NCBI RefSeq assembly: GCF_004010195.1 | Contig: NC_057752.1 | Location: forward strand, 10,852,865-10,893,140 | Reading direction: 5' to 3' | Length of the DNA stretch: 40,276 nt | DNA from: Chiloscyllium plagiosum | Lineage: Eukaryota | Shown here: piece after piece, positions 34,876-40,276 of the stretch | Layout of the letters: the number at the start of each line of letters is the position of its first letter | How positions within the stretch are numbered: the stretch's first letter is position 1 | Translations under genes and position numbers: made by a program | Notes under the pieces: generated by a model | What the model saw: the letters and a program-made list of their open reading frames with translations, nothing else | Database searches by the model: none | What the model was told of the DNA's origin: nothing

Positions 34876-35180
34876 GAACATAGAAGAATACAGCGCAGTA
34901 CAGGCCCTTTGGCCCTCGATGTTGCGCCGATCCAAGCCCACTATCCTCCATATGCCTATCCAATGCCCGCTTCAATGCCCATAATGAGGGAGAGTCCACC
35001 ACTGCTACTGGCAGGGCATTCCATGAACTCACGACTCGCTGAGTAAAGAACCTACCCCTAACATCTGTCCTATACCTACCACCCCTTAATTTAAAGCTAT
35101 GCCCCCTCGTAATAGCTGACTCCATACGTGGAAAAAGGTTCTCACGGTCAACCCTATCTAAACCCCTAATCATCTTGTAT
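34876..35180 (-). mobile_element. CR1 3' end (different subfamily)
   Basis: Minus ORF MIRGLDRVDRENLFPRME..TRGHSFKL..GRFFTQRVVSSWNALP; tail TTCTTCTATGTTC. Confidence 0.9.
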
Positions 35181-35249
35181 GGTTGTCATGGATTACCAAC
35201 AGATAAGTTTCCTTGCTTCTTCCTCAATCATTGCATATGAACTTTGCTA

Positions 35250-36890
35250 GCTGGGCTAGCATTTATTGCTCATCCCGAAATGCCCTTGAGAAGGTGGCAA
35301 TGAACTACCTTCTTGAATCGCTGCAGTCCGTGCCCTGTAGATACACCCAGTGCTGTTAGGGAAGTGGGAGAGACTTGGAAGCAAACTTCCAAGTACCTGC
35401 TGCCCTTGTCCTTCTAGATGGAAGTGGTCATGAGTTTGGAAGGTGCTACCTAAGGAACCTTGGTGAATTGCTGCAGTGCAATTTATAATTAGTACATACT
35501 GCAACAGTGATGGAGAGAGTGAACTTTTGTGGATGAGGTGCCAATCAAGCAAGCTGCTTTGTCCTGGATGGTGTCAAGCTTCCTAGTGTCTGGATTCCTA
35601 GTGTCTGACCTGCTCTCGTAACCACAATATTTAAATGGCAAGTCCAGTTCGGTTTCTGCTCAATAGTAACCCCAGGATGTTGACTGTGGGGAGTAACGTG
35701 CATATCATTGAATGTGATGGTAATGGTTAAATCCTCTCTTGTTGGAGATGATTTAACCTGGTATTTGTGATATTAAATGTTTCAGCCCAAATCTGGATAT
35801 TGACAAGGTTTTGCTGCATTTGGATGTGGGACGACTTCAGTATCTGGTGAGTCGTTAATGGTGCTAAACGTTGTACAGTGAACATCCCTACTTCTGACCT
35901 TTATGGAGGAGGGAAGATTATTGAGGAAGCAGTTGATAGTTGGACCAAGGTCAAAATCCCAGAGGAATTCCTGCAGAAATGTCCTAGAGATGACCTATTG
36001 CCCTCCAACCTCCACAACCATCTTTTGTGTTCGACTCCAGTTTTGCTAGAGCTTCTTGATGCCACATTATCAAATGCAGCACCTCTGGAATTTAGTTCTT
36101 TTTCTTGTTTGAACCATAGCTGCAATGAGGTCAGGGGCTAAACAGCCCTGGTGGAACCTAAACTAAACAGTGAGCAGATCATCACTAAGTAAGTGCTGAT
36201 TGATGGCACTGTTGATAACCCATTCCATCATTTCGCTGGTGATCAAGAGTAGACTGATGGAGTAATAATTGGTTGGATTAGATTTGTATCAAAAACAACT
36301 TGTGCACGAGGCAATTTTCATTGTTGGATAGATGCCAGTATTGTAGCAGTACTGGAACAACTTGGCTAGGCATGCTTTAAGTCCTAGAGCACACAACATT
36401 CCAACATACTCAAAACCCATAGTATTTGCAATATCTAGTGCCTTCATTCATTTCTTGATAACTCATGTTGTGAAGCCACACCACAGGACAACTTGTGCCA
36501 AACAACATGAACACCTCATTGTTATCTATGCCTGGTGCTGCTCCTGGCATGTCCTGGTTGATCCCCTAGTTTGATGGCAAGGGTAGAGTGGGGGATCTGT
36601 CAAACAATGAGATTGCAGATTTTGCACTATAATTCTGCTGCTGACAGCCCAACACACCTCTCAGATGCCCAGTCTTGATTTAATAAGTCTTTTTGAAGTC
36701 AAACACATCAGCAACAGTGCGACAAAATGCTGGTACCTTCAATGTGAAGATGGGACATATCTCCATAGGCACTATGCAGTCATCTTTTTTACCAATATGG
36801 TTATGGACAGAAGCATCCATGGCAGGCAGATCAGCGAGGATGAGTTCAAGTAACTTTTTCTTTCTTGTTGGTTCATCTCTGTCCTGAGTT
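35250..36890 (-). mobile_element. Family-B (CR1/L2-group) LINE, multiply deleted
   Basis: 3' end GCATTTATTGCTCATCCC..CCCTTGAGAAGGTGG; KLDTIQDKAA; AAFDNVA; YQSTLDHQRNDG (YRPISLLS-like); LILADLPAMDASVHNHIGKKDDCIV (APE C-terminus-like). Confidence 0.75.
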
Positions 36891-37587
36891 TTCAATCACA
36901 ACATATTTTCCTAAACCGTTTTGTTTCAATTTTATCTTGTGTGACCTTCCAAGAAGAACCAGGAAGCCAAAACATTAACAGCAGGAGCTTTATTAAGGAG
37001 ATGTTTACTCGACAGGCAGCAGTTTCCCACCCAAAATGGCTGAAGTCATTATGTCACATGATCAGACCCAAAGTGACAGTCCACCATACTTTTCAAACAC
37101 AAGGATAATTTATGCATGACATTTAACCTAAAGCAGGGAAAACTCTGAACACTGTGGATTTGGCATTTGATGGTAGTGAGGACATATTACATAGAAAAGA
37201 TGTAAATATTTGAGATCAATCACAGATGACTGGACCTCTCAAATTTACTCAGCTCTTTTCTTCTTAACCATACGTACAAAGTGCAAGATGAGCTTAAAAT
37301 TTGTACTGGGAGAACGGAGATCAATCCCAACTGATCTTCCAAAGAGCACAGCATTTTTCACGATATTATTTAAAAAGGACTTACATTCATAGAGTGCTTT
37401 TCATGAATATGGATTATAAATTGCTTTGATCTGTCCAATGAGATAAAAACAGAAGACGTTTGAAATCCTCAGGAGGTCAGACAGCACCAGTGTATACAAA
37501 CAGTAAATGGCTGACGTCAATGACTTTTCATCAGAATTTGTGCCTGAACTCTCAGCTTTGTTCCTCTATCCATTGTGTATTTCTAGT

Positions 37588-37754
37588 GATTTGGAGATGC
37601 CGGCGTTGGACTGGGGTGCACAAAGTTAAAAATCATACAACACCAGGCTATAGTCCAACAGAACCACCTGATGACGGAGTGGCGCTCCGAAAGCTAGTGT
37701 GTTTCCAATTAAACCTATTGGACTATAACCTGGTGTTTTGTGATTTTTAAACTT
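37588..37754 (+). mobile_element. Non-autonomous Penelope-type hairpin element with an intact hammerhead core and 12-bp TSD
   Basis: Inverted arms ~37619-37661 and 37714-37758; TGTATTTC(T/C)AGT at 37576-37587 and 37755-37766. Confidence 0.85.
37665..37699 (+). ncRNA. Minimal type I hammerhead ribozyme motif
   Basis: CAC-CUGAUGA-C-GGAG-UGGCG-CUCC-GAAAG-CUA-GUG: core, stem II, palindromic AGCU stem III, 3-bp stem I. Confidence 0.75.
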
Positions 37755-38506
37755 TGTATTTCCAGTATCCACAATCTTATACTTCTGTTACACTCAGTGA
37801 AGTACTCTTGAAGCATAAATCGCTGTTAAAATGTAGAAAGCAGAGCAGCTATATAGCACATAGCAAACCCCTGCAAACAGTAACGTGGTGATGACCAAAC
37901 ATTGCAGTATTGATCAAGGTCACAACACTGGAACTAACTCTCTACTCTTCTTCTGATAGCATCACAGGATTGTAAGCAAATGAAGGCCTTCAAATACCAT
38001 CAAACTGCAGAACTCTTGGCATATCATTTGCTGGACAGCGTTTACTGGAGAAGGCTTTCTTTAATGCAAGAGTTGAAATAAATACTTTCTCAACATGAGC
38101 AGAACAAATTTATAATACTCTGTAGTTACCCCAGCCTCAAAACAAAGGCAGGGATATCTGCTCTGATAGCTCCCAAGTTTGAATATCGATTGAAAGGTCT
38201 ATGACAAAGTCAAACACAGCTCACCCCTTCAAAGGTTTCCCCACAGCAGTGACACCAAAAACACTTGAGTAAACATTGTGCAGCATCACCAATTTGATTC
38301 AATTTGATTTTTTCCATGGTTTCTGGAAATACTCCCATTCATTTAGCACCAGTTCTTCAAGGTCAGTGTTTCAGCCATCAAGTGTATAGAAAGATTGCAT
38401 GCTGGTCATATGCTTACATTTTGACAGATTTGTACGCTCGAATTCAAGAGCATTACTTGCAAATGAGTAATTTCCCATTTTGTACCAAGAGCAATCCGCC
38501 TCCAAA

Positions 38507-38859
38507 AGGACAGGTACAGCATGGGGTTCGATACAAAGTAAAGCTACCTCTACTCTTTTAACCTGAATGGAAAACTGCCTTTACTCTTTTAAACCAAAAG
38601 TAAAAAGGCCCCTAAATTCTGCCCTATCAAACACTTCCAGGACAGGGACAGTATAGGCTTAGATACACAGTAAACCTCCCTCTACTCTTAAACCAGAAGT
38701 AAACCGAAAGTAAAACTCCCTTGACAGTGTCCCCATTGAACACTCCCGGGAAAGAAACAGCATGGGGTTAAAATACAGAGTAAAGCTTGCTCTACTCGTT
38801 TAAAGAAACGACACTAAAAGGATAGCTCCCTCTATACTGTCCACATCCAACACTCCCCA
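38507..38859 (+). repeat. Degenerate minisatellite, three ~110-130 bp units
   Basis: GGACAGG.ACAGCATGGGGTT.GATACA.AGTAAAGCT.CCTCTACTC...CCC.AT..AACACTCCC repeated at ~38508, ~38640, ~38749. Confidence 0.8.
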
Positions 38860-39202
38860 CAGCTTATATCAGCCTCAAAATAACAGGAAGACAAGTTTGC
38901 AGTTTTCCCCACAAGTTACCCCCGCGAGTTAGAAAACTGCCAATTTATTGCTAAATAATGGGCAATGAAGTGTTGTAGTTTGGGCACTAGAAAGTGGATG
39001 GGAACAATGTAAATTCCTTTCACACTGGATTCATATTGCTGCCATTACATGCATGTCACTCATCCATCTTTAACAGAACATTACAGAGTTTTTTTTTCCC
39101 CTAATGCCGAAAGGAAAATGTAGCTAAGATTTTGCACAGGGGTTATCATATCTTAGACTAGTGATCCTAAAGTTAATCAAATAGAAAGTTGCTTAAAAAA
39201 AA

Positions 39203-39238
39203 GCGAGAGCGAGAGCGAGAGCGAGAGCGAGAGCGAGA
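39203..39238. repeat. (GCGAGA)6 microsatellite
   Basis: Perfect hexamer repeat. Confidence 0.95.
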
Positions 39239-39585
39239 GAACCTGCACAGTTACCGCCTTTGCTGTTTGAATTCGTGTATCGCTGGACATCGGAGTGCAT
39301 CTGGGAAAATTAACAAACAGTGAAATTTACAATTGATCTTGGAGGAACTGTTGGGCAAAGTTCACAGCACAGAATCAGATAAGTTAATTGTTGTTTTAAG
39401 TCTGTCCAAGAGAAAGGCTGCAGTAGTGAGTATAGTGGATTCTTTGTTGATTATATGTTTTTGGAGACAAGTCTCTTGATTAAACTTAAAATATAAGCCA
39501 TAGCTATTAATTTAATCTGGGGCAGTGTTTGTACTGGAATAAGACGGTGTTATTTTCTGGGTTTTTAGATCACGAAGGAGCAAAA

Positions 39586-40276
39586 ATGGCTTTTGCAGTG
39601 ATATGTACTTCTTGTCAGATGTGGGAGTTTAAAGAGAGTTTAAGGGTTACTGCAGATTATATCTACCATAAATGCTGTTGGATGCGAATCTGATCAGATC
39701 GAGTGGATCGGTTGGAGAGAGAGATAGAAGCGATGAGGAATTTGCAACAACAGTATGCGATGGACGGCAGTTATAGGAAGAAGGAGGGGAAAAGTCTCAG
39801 GTACAGTCACATAGATGGGTTAACTCCAGGAAGGGTGAGAGAGGTCGGCACATAGGGCAGGAGTCTTTTGTGGATATACCCATTTCAAACAGGTATGCGG
39901 TTATGGAAAATGTAGGGGGTGATGGATTATCAGGCGAACGGAGCACGAACTGCCAAGTTTCTGGCATTGAGACTGGTTCTAATGCAATGAGGGGTATGTC
40001 GGCTTCCAAGAGATAAAGTGTGTTCGGGGATTCTGTAGTCCGATGTACAGACAGAAGTTTCTGTGGCCAGCAGAGAAAAAGCAGAATGGTGTGTTGTTCC
40101 CCTGGTGCCAGGATCAAGGATATCTCAGAGAGGGTGCAGAATGTTCTCACAGGGGAGAGGGGCCAGCAGGAGGTCATTGTCCACATTGGAACCAACGACA
40201 TTGGAAGGGAAAAGGTTGAGACTCTGAAGGGAGATTACATAGAGTTAGGCAGAAATTTTAAAAGGAGGTCCTCAAG
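39586..40276 (+). pseudogene. Disrupted CR1 ORF1: zinc finger/leucine zipper + SGNH esterase domain
   Basis: MAFAVICTSCQMWE..DYIYHKCCW.RI*SDRVDRLEREIEAMR; PISNRYAV; VFGDSVVR..VCCSPGARIKD..VIVHIGTND; stops and a frameshift present. Confidence 0.9.

Larger units (their letters stand above)
39200..40276 (+). mobile_element. 5' end of a CR1 LINE (5' UTR + ORF1), running off the window
   Basis: ORF1 homology from 39586; the upstream ~390 nt is assigned as 5' UTR by position only. Confidence 0.8.

Noticed and set aside
38507..38859. CRISPR-like array
   Set aside because: Eukaryotic context, degenerate units, spacers related to one another, no cas genes.

Overview
Non-coding, repeat-dense vertebrate DNA. 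The repeat content (HE1-type V-SINEs, HER1/CR1 LINEs, Deu-domain SINEs, Penelope elements) indicates a cartilaginous fish, probably a shark (inference). No intact protein-coding gene can be supported. Most of the window is a nested mosaic of decayed CR1 LINEs (APE+RT copies, plus a 5' end with zinc-finger/esterase ORF1 at 39.2-40.3 kb), a second CR1/L2-group LINE with a tRNA-like 5' head, four HE1 SINEs, a Ty3/Gypsy remnant, a Harbinger-type Myb/SANT remnant and a 344-N gap. Most notable: (i) three different Penelope-derived inverted-repeat elements carry minimal type I hammerhead ribozyme motifs (6920-6959, 18164-18227, 37665-37699); (ii) three independent CR1 copies are interrupted within about 35 nt of the same ORF2 motif; (iii) several minus-strand exon-like segments with good splice sites but in-frame stops may be a decayed gene or lncRNA (weak); (iv) a possible intron in the CR1 5' UTR. 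Boundaries of old repeats are approximate and family names come from motif recognition, not database searches.
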